64,000 bases of DNA from NCBI GenBank assembly GCA_963754925.1, contig CAVWHX010000004.1, positions 1,280,001-1,344,000 on the forward strand, given 5' to 3'. The notes beneath the pieces were generated by a model. The model searched no databases. It was not told the DNA's origin and saw nothing but the letters and a program-made list of their open reading frames with translations. This stretch comes from an uncultured delta proteobacterium (GTDB lineage: Bacteria; Myxococcota; B64-G9). How positions within the stretch are numbered: position 1 is the stretch's first letter; every line of letters starts with the position of its first letter. Shown piece by piece: positions 9,433-20,190 of this stretch. The translations under genes were made by a program, and so were the position numbers.

Positions 9433-11575
9433 AATAGTATCCATACTGACGATAGTAGTAGTAGCTGTAATCGCGGTGCTGCAGGTCGATGTCGTTGAGG
9501 ACCGTTCCGAGGATGCGTGCCTTGACATCGGTCATTTGCCGCACGGCTCGTTTGACAATCTCGCGGGACGTCTGTGAACTCTTGATGACCAGCACGACGC
9601 CGTCCATTGCCCGTGAGAGAATAAGCGGATCGGCCACCACCAGGATCGGTGGGCTATCGAAGATCAGGCGATCGTACTTTTCTGAAAGCTGTTCAATCAA
9701 ACGCAGGAAACGCTCGGTATGGAAAAGTTCTGTTGGGTTGGGAGGGATTGGCCCACACGGGAGTATATCGAGCCGGGAAACATCAGAATGGTAGATTACC
9801 TTATCCACATCGGCCTCGCCCAAGATTGCGGTGGTGAGACCGAGTCCCCCTTGGATTCCAAAGGTTTTATGTAACCGTGGCCGGCGCATGTCGGTATCGA
9901 GCAGCAGGATCTTCGAGCCACTCTGCGCCATGGTAATACCGATGTTGATCACCACCGTGCTCTTGCCCTCTTGGGGGCTGGCCGAAGTGACCAAGAGGCG
10001 GCGCGAGGGATTTTCCGGTGACATGAATAACAAGTTCGTGCGCACGGTTCGGAAGCACTCAGCCACCGAACTTTTCGGATGGCTGACGAGGTATTGATCG
10101 CGCAGGGGCACAACCTCGTCGTCCTCGCCGGCTTCTAATCTGATGCTCGGGACAATCCCTAAAAATGGCAGCTGCAGGTGTTGCTCGATATCCTCTTGCG
10201 TCTTGATGGTATTGTCTAAAAATTCAAGGAAAAATGCCAAACCGATACCCCCCAGCAACCCGACCACTGCTGCCAATAAAAGGTTGAGGTTGATGCGGGG
10301 GTATACCGGGATACGGGGTTCTATGGCTGAATCGAGTTTGTAGACGTTATTGGTCTCTTGGTGGGCGGAAAGGGAGGCTTCCTTCTGGCGCTTGAGCACC
10401 AGTTGGTAGAGCGAGGTGTAGTTGTCGGCCACCCGCTTGAGACGGTTGTATTCGATCTCGTGCTCGTTTATTTCCTGAGCGGCACTCTTTACCTTCTCCA
10501 ATTCTCGTTGGAGGCCACGTTCGTTCTCCACGATCGTTTTGAATTCGGTTTCGATGCTGCCGAGGACGTTGTCGATTTCATTGTTTATATTCTGGCGGAC
10601 AAGCAGGAGCTTTTCGTCGATGGTCTTGACCTTAGGGTGATCCGGGAGGTACCGCGCGCTCAATTCGGCCTGCGTCTCCTGAAGTTTGAAATAACTTTCC
10701 TTCAGTTGTTGGACCAACGGGCTCGCTATTACTTTGTCAATGGTGTCGAGCGGCAGCTTGGCCTCTCGAATGTCGAGAATTTGCTTACGCCGGGAATCCA
10801 GCGCAATGCGTTGCGCTTGGAGATGATTGAGGGTTTGGTTCATATCCTGGAGGCGCTGCGAGGTGATGTTTTGGCGATCCTCAAGCGAGACCGACAAAAT
10901 TTGTTTCTCGCGCTTGAAATCCATCAAGCGATCTTCGGCCTCGTCCATGCGGGTTTTTAGTTCTTCTGCTTGCGAGGTAAGCCAACCGGCGGCGTCGAGG
11001 GTGATTTGTCGACGAGTCTGGAGATTATATTCGATGTAGGCGGAGACCGCGGCGTTGGCGAGTCGCTGGGCCCACTTCGGGTATCGGTGACGAGCTTTGA
11101 TAACGGCGGTACGGCTGTCCTTGACCGGTTCGACTTCTATCATTTTACGCACGAGATCGGGGTAGTCGATTTCATTCGCCGCGAAGATTTTCTGTTCCTC
11201 TGGCGTCAATTTGTCGATCCCCAAGAATTCCTTGTTGCCATCCAGATGGAGCTGTTGAACGATCTTCTGAGCAACCGTACGCGAGGTGATGACATTATAT
11301 TGCGTTTCGTAGTACTCACGATTGCTCCAGTAACTGCCTGAGCCCAAGTCATAGACCTCGCGTACGTTCCCAAGCACCTGAGGGGCATAGGGCTCAATAA
11401 TCACCGAAGCACGCGCTTCGTAAATTTTTACCTGACGCAGGGTGTAGATGGTAACTATCGTAACCACAACCACGAAAAACGCGACCACCGTCCACTTTCG
11501 CTTGAGAGAAACATTCAGGTATTCCCGCAGATCAATTTGATTTTCTTGGATCTCTTGTCCGATTTCGTCTGCCAT
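9398..11575 (-). CDS. wzc: Polysaccharide co-polymerase / tyrosine autokinase (Wzc-like)
   Basis: Wzz-type N-terminus with TM helix, coiled-coil periplasmic region, Walker A TSASPQEGKS, DTDMRRP, FDSPP, C-terminal Tyr cluster YSYYYYRQYGYYY. Confidence 0.93.
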   Translation of the reverse strand: MADEIGQEIQENQIDLREYLNVSLKRKWTVVAFFVVVVTIVTIYTLRQVKIYEARASVIIEPYAPQVLGNVREVYDLGSGSYWSNREYYETQYNVITSRTVAQKIVQQLHLDGNKEFLGIDKLTPEEQKIFAANEIDYPDLVRKMIEVEPVKDSRTAVIKARHRYPKWAQRLANAAVSAYIEYNLQTRRQITLDAAGWLTSQAEELKTRMDEAEDRLMDFKREKQILSVSLEDRQNITSQRLQDMNQTLNHLQAQRIALDSRRKQILDIREAKLPLDTIDKVIASPLVQQLKESYFKLQETQAELSARYLPDHPKVKTIDEKLLLVRQNINNEIDNVLGSIETEFKTIVENERGLQRELEKVKSAAQEINEHEIEYNRLKRVADNYTSLYQLVLKRQKEASLSAHQETNNVYKLDSAIEPRIPVYPRINLNLLLAAVVGLLGGIGLAFFLEFLDNTIKTQEDIEQHLQLPFLGIVPSIRLEAGEDDEVVPLRDQYLVSHPKSSVAECFRTVRTNLLFMSPENPSRRLLVTSASPQEGKSTVVINIGITMAQSGSKILLLDTDMRRPRLHKTFGIQGGLGLTTAILGEADVDKVIYHSDVSRLDILPCGPIPPNPTELFHTERFLRLIEQLSEKYDRLIFDSPPILVVADPLILSRAMDGVVLVIKSSQTSREIVKRAVRQMTDVKARILGTVLNDIDLQHRDYSYYYYRQYGYYYGEKDRDATAT

Positions 11576-11669
11576 ACATCCTCCATTAAACCTACAACTC
11601 TGTAAGACTACGGCAGTTGATGGGCCGAGTCAATCTTATCCCTGAAATGAACTATCGGTGAAGTCAATC

Positions 11670-11695
11670 GTAGGGGCGCACCTGCGTGTGCGCCC
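11670..11695. repeat. GTAG-type REP, left member of an inverted REP doublet
   Basis: GTAG-GGGCGCAC-ctgcgt-GTGCGCCC. Confidence 0.75.
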
Positions 11696-11724
11696 GATAT
11701 ACGTCTGTTTTTGGGCAGACCTCT

Positions 11725-13270
11725 GGGGCCTGTTGCCCAAACCAATAGCATTCTCGATCAAAAATGATATCATCTGGAGCATCCAGGAGGTGCTTCGATG
11801 ATGGGACATCAGCCACCCCCGCAGTCCAAACTCTTCTATACCGGATTCCAGTTGGACAAGCGAGTGCGACGTGACCATCCTCTGAGGAAGATTAGCACGG
11901 TTGTCGATTTCGATTTCACCTACAAAGAAGTGGTGGAAACATACGGCGATAACGGCAACGTCTCGGTGCCTCCTCCTGTTCTGCTCAAGCTCATGCTTCT
12001 ATTGGTGTTCTACAATGTTCGTTCCGAGCGCGAGCTGATGGAGACGCTACCGGAGCGACTCGATTGGTTGTGGTTCCTTGGCTACGATCTGGATGATGAA
12101 GTACCGAACCACAGCGTGCTTTCGAAAGCCCGGAAGCGCTGGGGACGTGAGTTGTTCCAGCGTTTCTTTGAGCGCGTGGTGAGGCAGTGTGTTGCGGCTG
12201 GACTGGTTGACGGGCGCAAGATATTCGTCGATGCGAGCCTTATCGATGCGGATGCTTCGCAGGACTCGGTTGTGGATACGAGAGACCTGAACGAGCAGCT
12301 GTCAAAGAAGTATCGGCAACTCGAAGCACGGCTCGACGAAGCGCCGAGCGCGAGAGAACCGGGACCGTACACCGAAGAGAACCTGCGCTATGTATCGGCA
12401 ACCGATCCGGATGCGGCGTTGATGAAGCGCGGGGAGTCGAAGTTGCGGTACCAGAGTCATCGAGCGGTCGAAGGCAGCAGCGAGATTATCACAGCGACGG
12501 CGTTGACCCCGGGTGATGTAAGCGAAGACCAGTTATTGATGGCGCTTTAAGGAAGACCACGAGGCGACCACGGGGGAGTTGGTTCAGACGGTAGTTGCAG
12601 ACAGCAAGTATGGAACGAAAGAGAACTACCTGGCGTGCCGGGATGCGGGGATTCAGGCACACATTCCGGCATTTCAGGGAGGTACGGACAAGCGTTTGGA
12701 GAAGCGCGGCCTGTTTATGGAAGAGCGCTTTGTGTTTGACGCCAAACGGGACGTGTTTGTGTGCCCCGCGGGCCAGGAGCTACGGCGTAGGACCGTGCAC
12801 GCCCGTCGGCAGAGCATAGAATATGCCGCTTCGAAGCGAATCTGCGCGATGTGCGAATTGAGAGACCAGTGCACGACGAGCAAGTCGGGTCGCACAGTCG
12901 GCCGACATCTCCGTCAGGATGAGTTGGACGAGATGGTGAGAGCTTCGAAATCGACGTTGTCGCGTCTGGATCTCAAGCGTCGGCAGCACGTGTGCGAAGG
13001 GTCGTTTGGCGCGGCGAAGCGATACGGTTACAAACGCGCGCGCTGGCGTAGACTGTGGCGGGTAGAAATACAAAACTATCTGATCTGTACCGTACAGAAC
13101 ATTACAAAGTTGATCAGGAGCTGTGACGAGCGCAAATGTGAGGCAGTCAGCCTTGCCAATCGTATAATCGGGTGTATTGACGAACTGCTGTATAGTCGTA
13201 TCGTACAAGCAGAGGCGGTACAGATATAACTGGATGAGTTTTACGAAAGGTTATTCGGGCAACAGGCCCC
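11725..13270 (+). mobile_element. IS1182-family insertion sequence (1546 bp)
   Basis: Perfect 14-bp terminal inverted repeats GGGGCCTGTTGCCC (11725-11738) and GGGCAACAGGCCCC (13257-13270); flanking CT on both sides. Confidence 0.9.
11798..13229 (+). CDS. IS1182-family DDE transposase, split by a +1 break at 12545-12550
   Basis: DUF772-type N-terminus (DHPLRKI..VDF, LLKLMLL..YNVRSERELM, PNHSVLSKAR); VDAS, TDPDA, ADSKYG, VCPAGQ, EGSFG motifs across the two ORFs. Confidence 0.88.
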
Positions 13271-13327
13271 CTGGGTCCGCCCCTACGTTGGCACGCTCTT
13301 TGTGGTTTTTAACCTGGTGGAAGGATC

Positions 13328-15598
13328 CTACGGTACAAACGTATTGAGTTCAGCGTCTGGGATGGTATCGCGGCCATCTGGTTCGATGACCAGCGCATGT
13401 GTGGCGGAGATTGCCACGGTTACGCGGTTCCCCAATGCCAGGATTGGTCGCAACCACCCAGCGCGCTTCAGGATCTCAAAGTACGCGGCGCCTAGGTACT
13501 TGATGTGTAACGTTTCGATCCCTGGCTTGAAATTCAGGTCGACCCAGCCGCCGCCCTGGAACCGGAAGGAATGTTCTCCCACGTAACGAATTCCAGCCAC
13601 CTCATCGGTGAACGTGGGTTGGCTGTCGGCGTATTTCAAATCCTTGACGGCATCGGCCATACGCACCGCGCTCGCACCGCTTTCCGCGCTCAGGGCTTTG
13701 CCTTTATCTCTGCGATAGATATCCAGATTCGATTCGGCCTTCTTGGCGCCCGGCGCCGCCACCGAACGAGGCACACCTTTGGAATCACTATCGCCAATTT
13801 CAAACGCTCTGTCATCGAAGCCCGGCCGTTGCATTCGAGGCCGCAGCGAATCAGCGGGGATCGATGGCACAGCTATTTGAGAGGAGTCCTCGGTGACCAA
13901 ATAAGACGTGTACGGAGTGACGATACCATAGCGTTTCGAAAGCGCGACGACCTCGTCAACCAGTTCGCGCTTCTCACCGCTTAGCCTGATGGTTTCAAGA
14001 AGATAGCCTATCTTGCGTGTGGCCCACAGGCGGGGGATAAACTCGTGCGCTCGGTTCTCCTTTGAAAAGACGCCTTCGTAAACAAATTTTTTGGACTCTT
14101 TTCCGGCCTTGCCGGTCAACGTCAAGGCTGCGTGGCCATCTTCGCGATAGCGACCGAGGATAATTAATCGGCTCCCCTTGAACAGATCGGGTAGCTGCCG
14201 CGGGAAGACGTCGTACTCGTGAATCGAGCCGAAGTCGAGCGCGAGGTTCGCTAGCACCGGGTGGCTGACCTTGTCGTAAAATCCGGACAGACGCTGCTCT
14301 ATCTCTTGGTTGCCTCTCACATAGGTTGAATCGGCTGCGTTCTCGGTTGAGAGCGCATCGAGGAGGTGGGTATTGATATCGTCGCCTACGCCAAACACAA
14401 ATATGCGCGCACCGGCGCCATTACTTTTCTTGACATGAGCGAGAATCGTTTTGGGGTCGGTCTCGCCCACCGTCGGGTGCCCGTCGGTTAGAAAAACCAC
14501 CAGGTTCGGTTCGTCCTTGTTGGTGTGGCCCGAGAGCGTTGTGGCGAGCGCCTCGTCGATAGCCGTTCCGCCGGCTGCTTCCATGCGCTCGACAAAGTTG
14601 AGCGCACGTTGAACATTGTCCTTGGATGCCGACACCGGCTTCTTCTCAAAACACTCTACATCGGTTGAAAAGCGGATGACATTGAACACGTCGTCGGGAT
14701 TGAGCCTTGTTAGACAATACTTGAGCGCTTGCTTGGCATAGCGCAATTTGTCACCCGCCATCGATCCGGAGGTATCGATGACGAATGAGATGCGTTTGCC
14801 GATGACTTCTTTTTCCGAGTAGTCGCTTTTAGGGGAAGCCATAATCATGAAAAAACCCGGTTCGCCCGCCTGTCGGTAGGTAAGCAGGTTGAGACCGATG
14901 TCTTTCTCGGACAGGGCGATGAAAAGCTCGAAGTCGCGGTCAAGCAGGGCGGCCATCTTTTCGAAACCGGCGAGGGCATGGTGCTCGTCCTTTTTCCGCG
15001 AATAAACGTTGTGTGAGGGCGAGTACAGGCTCTTGATCGGCGTGGCCGATTGAATTTCAACGGTCATGGTGAAGTCCTGCATCGTGCGGGCCGAGCCGCG
15101 GTCGGTGCGCATCGGGTACTCGTATTTCATCACCCCGGCCTCAAACGGCATCATTTGGGTAAACTCAATCTCAATGTGTTGCTCGCCCCGGCGCGGCACC
15201 GGATAAATGCGCGCCTGAAAGAGGTCGCGGTCGAGATATTCAAGCAGGCCGGGATCGCGCATCCGGCGGACAATATTCTCGTACATGGTACGCGCGCGAT
15301 CCTTTTCGAGAATTTCTCCCTTGGTTTTTTTGCCGTTGATGTACAGATAAAAATCCGAAACGGTCGCGCCCTTGGGCAAGGGGAAAAGGTAGGTAGCTTC
15401 GAGATCGCGGTCGGTAGTATTGTAAAAAACTTGGTCGACGTGAGTGACCGCCACTCGATCGGTAATTGTGGCGCTGGCTCGATGGTACTTGATGCCCAGA
15501 GGGCCCAGCGAACCATCGGTAGGTATCAGTAACCCGGTCGCAGAAGCTACGGCCGGGACCAACCCGAGCACCATGACAACGAACAAGATATTTTTCAT
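13328..15598 (-). CDS. Exported VIT + vWA domain protein (inter-alpha-trypsin inhibitor-like)
   Basis: Signal peptide; VIT (LEATYLFPLP..ATVSDF, DPGLLEY); vWA MIDAS DTSGSM, GGT, FLTDG, FGVG; LSKRYGIVTPYTSYL. Confidence 0.9.
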   Translation of the reverse strand: MKNILFVVMVLGLVPAVASATGLLIPTDGSLGPLGIKYHRASATITDRVAVTHVDQVFYNTTDRDLEATYLFPLPKGATVSDFYLYINGKKTKGEILEKDRARTMYENIVRRMRDPGLLEYLDRDLFQARIYPVPRRGEQHIEIEFTQMMPFEAGVMKYEYPMRTDRGSARTMQDFTMTVEIQSATPIKSLYSPSHNVYSRKKDEHHALAGFEKMAALLDRDFELFIALSEKDIGLNLLTYRQAGEPGFFMIMASPKSDYSEKEVIGKRISFVIDTSGSMAGDKLRYAKQALKYCLTRLNPDDVFNVIRFSTDVECFEKKPVSASKDNVQRALNFVERMEAAGGTAIDEALATTLSGHTNKDEPNLVVFLTDGHPTVGETDPKTILAHVKKSNGAGARIFVFGVGDDINTHLLDALSTENAADSTYVRGNQEIEQRLSGFYDKVSHPVLANLALDFGSIHEYDVFPRQLPDLFKGSRLIILGRYREDGHAALTLTGKAGKESKKFVYEGVFSKENRAHEFIPRLWATRKIGYLLETIRLSGEKRELVDEVVALSKRYGIVTPYTSYLVTEDSSQIAVPSIPADSLRPRMQRPGFDDRAFEIGDSDSKGVPRSVAAPGAKKAESNLDIYRRDKGKALSAESGASAVRMADAVKDLKYADSQPTFTDEVAGIRYVGEHSFRFQGGGWVDLNFKPGIETLHIKYLGAAYFEILKRAGWLRPILALGNRVTVAISATHALVIEPDGRDTIPDAELNTFVP

Positions 15599-15909
15599 TG
15601 ACGATTCTCCTTTGGGCGAGTTGTTCTCTCCTCCCCATAGACGCGCGGCGGGTTGTTAGGATCTAATTTTGCTAACGATAAGGTTCTGTCCGTAGAGGTC
15701 ACCTTAATAGAATAGAGTTTTCTACATCCATCATGTCAAACCCGGCGGGTGCGATATCACGATAGGTGTGGAAAGGGGTCAGTCGGATTCACATTATCCT
15801 TGACCTAGGTTCGATCCCTCGGTAGAGCTTCTGTGCCCCAGGGTACCATAATTATCGAGGTTGGTAACACGCATCGCATACCGCATCCTGAAACCCTTCG
15901 GCCTTCGAA

Positions 15910-17535
15910 ATGAAGTCTGCCCGTAAGGAGCGATCACGGATGAATGACGGCTGCGGAACATTTGAAGAGAGAACAGCCGGTTACCCGATAGCCATTTCGG
16001 TAATAGTTACCGTGGGATTTTTTCTGCGGTTCATTTTCATGACCGGCCCCATTAGCAGCGATGATACTCGCTATCTCGAGTTTGCGAACTATTTTGTATC
16101 GTTTACGCCGTTTTCGGAGATCGATCATGCCGGGGGTCGGCTTTTATTTTTGTTTCTGATAGGTATACCGTACAAGATTTTCGGACACGCCATCTATGCC
16201 GCCGTTGCCAACGTTTTTTACTCCCTGATTACAGACCTGATGCTGGTGCAGTTCTGTTGGAAGGTACTGGGAAGACGAGCTTCACTGATAGCTGCTATCG
16301 TTATGGCCTTAAATCCAATCAATATTATTTATCCGGGGATGATCTTACCAGATACCCTCCTCACCTTGTTTCTCGTCGCTTCGGGCATGCTGCTCTACCA
16401 TGCCCAGCAGGATGCCCGTCTCAAGAATCGTTACGTGATGTTTGCCGTTTCCGGCGCACTTGCGTGCTGTGCCTATATGTGCAAGGACCCCGGCATCTTG
16501 ATGCTGCCAATCGTGGGAACGTACCTCTTTTTCGTTCCCTTCGATGGAAAATTTCGTGAGCGGTTGATTGCGCCGCTTATATTCATCACAAGCTTTTTCG
16601 TTGTATTTCTCGTCGACGGCTTAGTCTACCTTACTTACACCGATGACTTCTTTTACAAAATAACCGCGACTGTATTCTGCCATAACCAGGATATTCCCCC
16701 TTTGAACATAGCCGGGTTTTTACAGACAACTTTTGGTTATTTCATTGAAGCCCTCAAGAACGGTTCGTTTTTTCTGGTGCCCCTTCACTTGGGTTTTCCG
16801 GTGATGCTTTTGGCATCAATGGTAGATCGCCGCACCAGAATTTTTTCGTTCATCGGGTTATTCATTCTTCTGTATTTGATCTTCGGCTCCTCAAGTCTCT
16901 CAGCGTTGATCCCGCTTCCGTTCCAGGCGCGTTACTTCCAACCGGTCATTCCCTTTGTCGCAATCGCCGTGGGAGTGATCGTGGAACGATATTCGTTTTT
17001 CAATTCTCGGGTGGCTCAGGTGGCGTTTCCCTTTGCATTAGCATGCCTCATAGCCATCTATGGAGCGAGCGAAGTTTTTCTCCTAGCCGGCACCCAATAT
17101 AAGAGCAACTTGATGAAATCATTCCGCACCGCCGTGGAGGTATTGGCCGATGAACAAAAACCCTTGTATGTTGATCCCGCTCTCTACTACAATGCGCGAC
17201 ACTTCCTTCAGAGTGTGCTCTATCATCGATTGGTCGAGATTCCGAAGAGTGACCCCTTAAAAAAGGGGTACTATTTTGTCTGTCCCGAACTATCATGGTT
17301 ACCACACGATCGACTTGAAGAGGTAACCAGCTTGAAACTGAAGCTTCACGTGGTCCTCGACTGGCGAATTGCCAACCAGTTCCGCCAAATGAGCGATTCC
17401 CGAATCCTTCCCCCGTACTTAATGCGGGACCTATTTGTTTACGAGAAAGAATATGAGAAAGAAGGCGATAACGGCACCCAGAAAAGTGTCCCCTTACCGC
17501 AAAAGAAAGACGAAAAATGTCGGAATCGAATGTAA
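15910..17535 (+). CDS. GT-C fold membrane glycosyltransferase (ArnT/PMT, GT39/83-like)
   Basis: Many TM helices; 'SSDDTRY' acidic motif in the first loop; 'QARYFQPVIPF'. Start may be ATG 15940. Confidence 0.7.
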   Translation: MKSARKERSRMNDGCGTFEERTAGYPIAISVIVTVGFFLRFIFMTGPISSDDTRYLEFANYFVSFTPFSEIDHAGGRLLFLFLIGIPYKIFGHAIYAAVANVFYSLITDLMLVQFCWKVLGRRASLIAAIVMALNPINIIYPGMILPDTLLTLFLVASGMLLYHAQQDARLKNRYVMFAVSGALACCAYMCKDPGILMLPIVGTYLFFVPFDGKFRERLIAPLIFITSFFVVFLVDGLVYLTYTDDFFYKITATVFCHNQDIPPLNIAGFLQTTFGYFIEALKNGSFFLVPLHLGFPVMLLASMVDRRTRIFSFIGLFILLYLIFGSSSLSALIPLPFQARYFQPVIPFVAIAVGVIVERYSFFNSRVAQVAFPFALACLIAIYGASEVFLLAGTQYKSNLMKSFRTAVEVLADEQKPLYVDPALYYNARHFLQSVLYHRLVEIPKSDPLKKGYYFVCPELSWLPHDRLEEVTSLKLKLHVVLDWRIANQFRQMSDSRILPPYLMRDLFVYEKEYEKEGDNGTQKSVPLPQKKDEKCRNRM

Positions 17536-18572
17536 CCGGTTGCGTTAAACAAGGTGGTTTGACCCGTTCTGAACGTCGCTATAGAGGGTTTCGGGTCGGT
17601 ATTGTCATACCGTGCTACCAAGTCGAGCGGTATATTGCATCGGTTATTAGTGAGATTCCTGACTATATCGATACGGTTATTGCGGTCGATGACTCGAGTA
17701 CCGATGAAACGCTTGCAACGTTACATTCAATTCAAGAACCACGATTGATTGTTCTCAAGCACCCAAGTAATCAGGGTGTTGGCGGCGCGATGGTTACTGG
17801 TTTTAAGGAGGCTATACGATCTGAACTAGACATTGTCATTAAGATTGATGGTGACGGACAGATGCAGTTGGATCGATTGCCGGAGCTGATAGATCCTATT
17901 GTCGAAAACATATGCGACTATGCAAAAGGCAACCGATTTTTGCATGCCCATGAATTAGTTCGGATGCCGGCTCTGAGAAAACTCGGAAACATTGCGCTGA
18001 CGTTTCTTACGAAATTTGCAAGTGGGTATTGGCATGTGTTTGATCCTCAGAACGGTTACCTGGCAATAAGCCTCGAGTATTTGGAAATGCTTCATTTTGA
18101 TCGCCTGCAAAAGCAACGTTATTTTTTTGAGAATGAGATGTTGATTCAGTTGAACGTCTTAGGAGCGCGGGTTCTCGATTGTTCAATGCCGGCAAAATAT
18201 GGGGATGAGAGGTCCTCTCTAAAAATCACGCGGGTATTGCTCTCTTTTCCTGGTCATTTGTTTCGTGGATTTTTATATAGGATGTTTCAACGCCATATTC
18301 TTCGTGATTTCTCCATTATTATTCCCTTGTATTTTTTCGGGGGAGTTTTGTTTCTATTTGGAATGATTTTTGGGGGATGGCATTGGTGGAAGGCGCTAAA
18401 AACAAACATTCCGACGCCAACGGGCACTATTATGCTTTCAGTCTTACCCCTTATTTTAGGGATACAATTTCTGTTGCAAGGTCTCGTGGTGGATATTCTG
18501 CAAACTCCTCGTATCAATCCTCCGATAAAGAAAAAGCAGCCGGTGTCGTCTTCTTCCCAGCATGAGGACTAA
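17517..18572 (+). CDS. Glycosyltransferase family 2 (DPM-synthase-like) with C-terminal TM helices
   Basis: VIPCY, VDDSSTD, NQGVGGA, KIDGDGQ, KGNRF, DPQNGY. Confidence 0.92.
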   Translation: MSESNVTGCVKQGGLTRSERRYRGFRVGIVIPCYQVERYIASVISEIPDYIDTVIAVDDSSTDETLATLHSIQEPRLIVLKHPSNQGVGGAMVTGFKEAIRSELDIVIKIDGDGQMQLDRLPELIDPIVENICDYAKGNRFLHAHELVRMPALRKLGNIALTFLTKFASGYWHVFDPQNGYLAISLEYLEMLHFDRLQKQRYFFENEMLIQLNVLGARVLDCSMPAKYGDERSSLKITRVLLSFPGHLFRGFLYRMFQRHILRDFSIIIPLYFFGGVLFLFGMIFGGWHWWKALKTNIPTPTGTIMLSVLPLILGIQFLLQGLVVDILQTPRINPPIKKKQPVSSSSQHED

Positions 18573-18581
18573 CGACTCTGA

Positions 18582-20094
18582 ATGACGACCGATCATTCCA
18601 GCCGTTGGTTTGTTAGGGCAAAGAAAAATACCGATCTGACTCTCCGGCAAACGGCAGCATGGCTCGTGCTCATTGTATCGGTTGGGAGTTTGCTGAGGTT
18701 TACGGGGTTAGATAGTCAGTCCTTATGGAACGATGAATTATCGAGCGTGCATCGAAGTTCCTATTCACGTATCACTGAAGTAATCGATAAGGGGGTGCTC
18801 ACAGAGTTTCATCCTCCTGCCTACCATGTGCTGTTGTTTGTCGTCGAACAGCTCTGGGGCGATTCCGAAAAAGCGGTAAGAATGCCATCTGCTATCTTTG
18901 GTGTGCTTACCATAATTGTTATTTTTTGGATTGGAGCTCGATTTTACAATCGAAGAGTGGGGCTTATCGCCGCGATGTTAATGGCGGTGTTGTACGTTCC
19001 TGTTTATTACAGCCAGGAGGCTCGATGTTATGAAGCATTGTTGCTATTTAGCGTTACCAGCATGTGTTGCTGGATGGAAATCCGGCAGAGGATAGTTAAG
19101 CACGAGCGTGCTCCCTGGCAGTGGATGATTGGTTATCAGATATGCTCTTTGATGAGCGCATATTTTCATTACTTTGGGTTGCTGTTATTAGCCCTACAAG
19201 CAATGTTTATAGCATGGGAGGTGCTCAGGCGTAGGTGTTCGATAGGGACTTTTTCTAAGATGTATGTTCCCATTGGCCTATTATACGCACCCTGGTTGCC
19301 ATACCTGTCAAAACAGACATCCGAAGGAAACGCCTGGATTCCAATACCAACAATAAGTTATCCTTTTGAATATCTCAATTACCTTTTTAATGGACATGGA
19401 GAATTGGTATTCATGTTGAGCATTAGCTATCTGTTGCCTATTGGTCTGCGGTTATTTCCTCGAAGAATATCGAAGAATCTTGGAGATGACCAAGAAACAC
19501 CCGTCATATCCGACCGAGTTCTTTTCTGGTGGTTGTTTGTACCGATAGGAATTGTTTTAATTGTTTCGTGGCTATACAAGCCGATTGCAATTCATCGATA
19601 TCTAATCATCTGTTTGCCGGCGGCTTACGTATTGGCGGCCAGGTCAATTGAAAAAATGCCGATTGGTCTGATGGTAAAACAATCGGTGGCAATAGTGCTA
19701 GGAATTTTTCTTATCGCGGATTTGATATTCGTAAAGCAGTACTACACAAAACCGCACAAAGAGCAATTTCGTGAGGCAGTTGAAATTGTCGTCAGGCAAG
19801 AAAAAGAATTTCCAACTACACCAATTGTCGCGTGTTGTTGGGGTCAAGAATATTTTTAACTACTATTTCAAGCACCAAAATTCTTCTCAACAGGTAGGAC
19901 TGGTCACTTGTGAGAAGAAATCTATCCAGGAGATAAAAGAACTGGTAGGCCTGGTGCCTGGTAAATACCTCTGGTTGATGCGCGGGCATAGAAAAATGGA
20001 AGATGGATTTCTCGAACAACTTATGATCAGTTATGAGATTATACAACACACTTCTTTAGTTGGAGCGGAGGTCTGGTTGCTGCGCAGTAAATGA
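18582..20094 (+). CDS. GT39-like membrane mannosyltransferase, split by an extra T in a T5 run at 19853-19857
   Basis: QSLWNDE, HPPAYH, RMPSAIFG, YYSQEARCY, HYFG. Removing one T reads ...QEYFNYYFK into ORF 19771-20094. Confidence 0.85.
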
Positions 20095-20190
20095 GATAGG
20101 GAAACTAACAATACATCGAATTCGTAGTGAAGACAGATGTTCGATACTTTTAGTGATCAGGGTGTCGCGGGGAGAAGCCTACGGTGTCTT

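Noticed and set aside
15795..15835. tRNA fragment or att site (GGTTCGATCCC)
   Set aside because: No cloverleaf; the motif lies in the spacer of a plausible TTGACC-N17-TAGAGC promoter.
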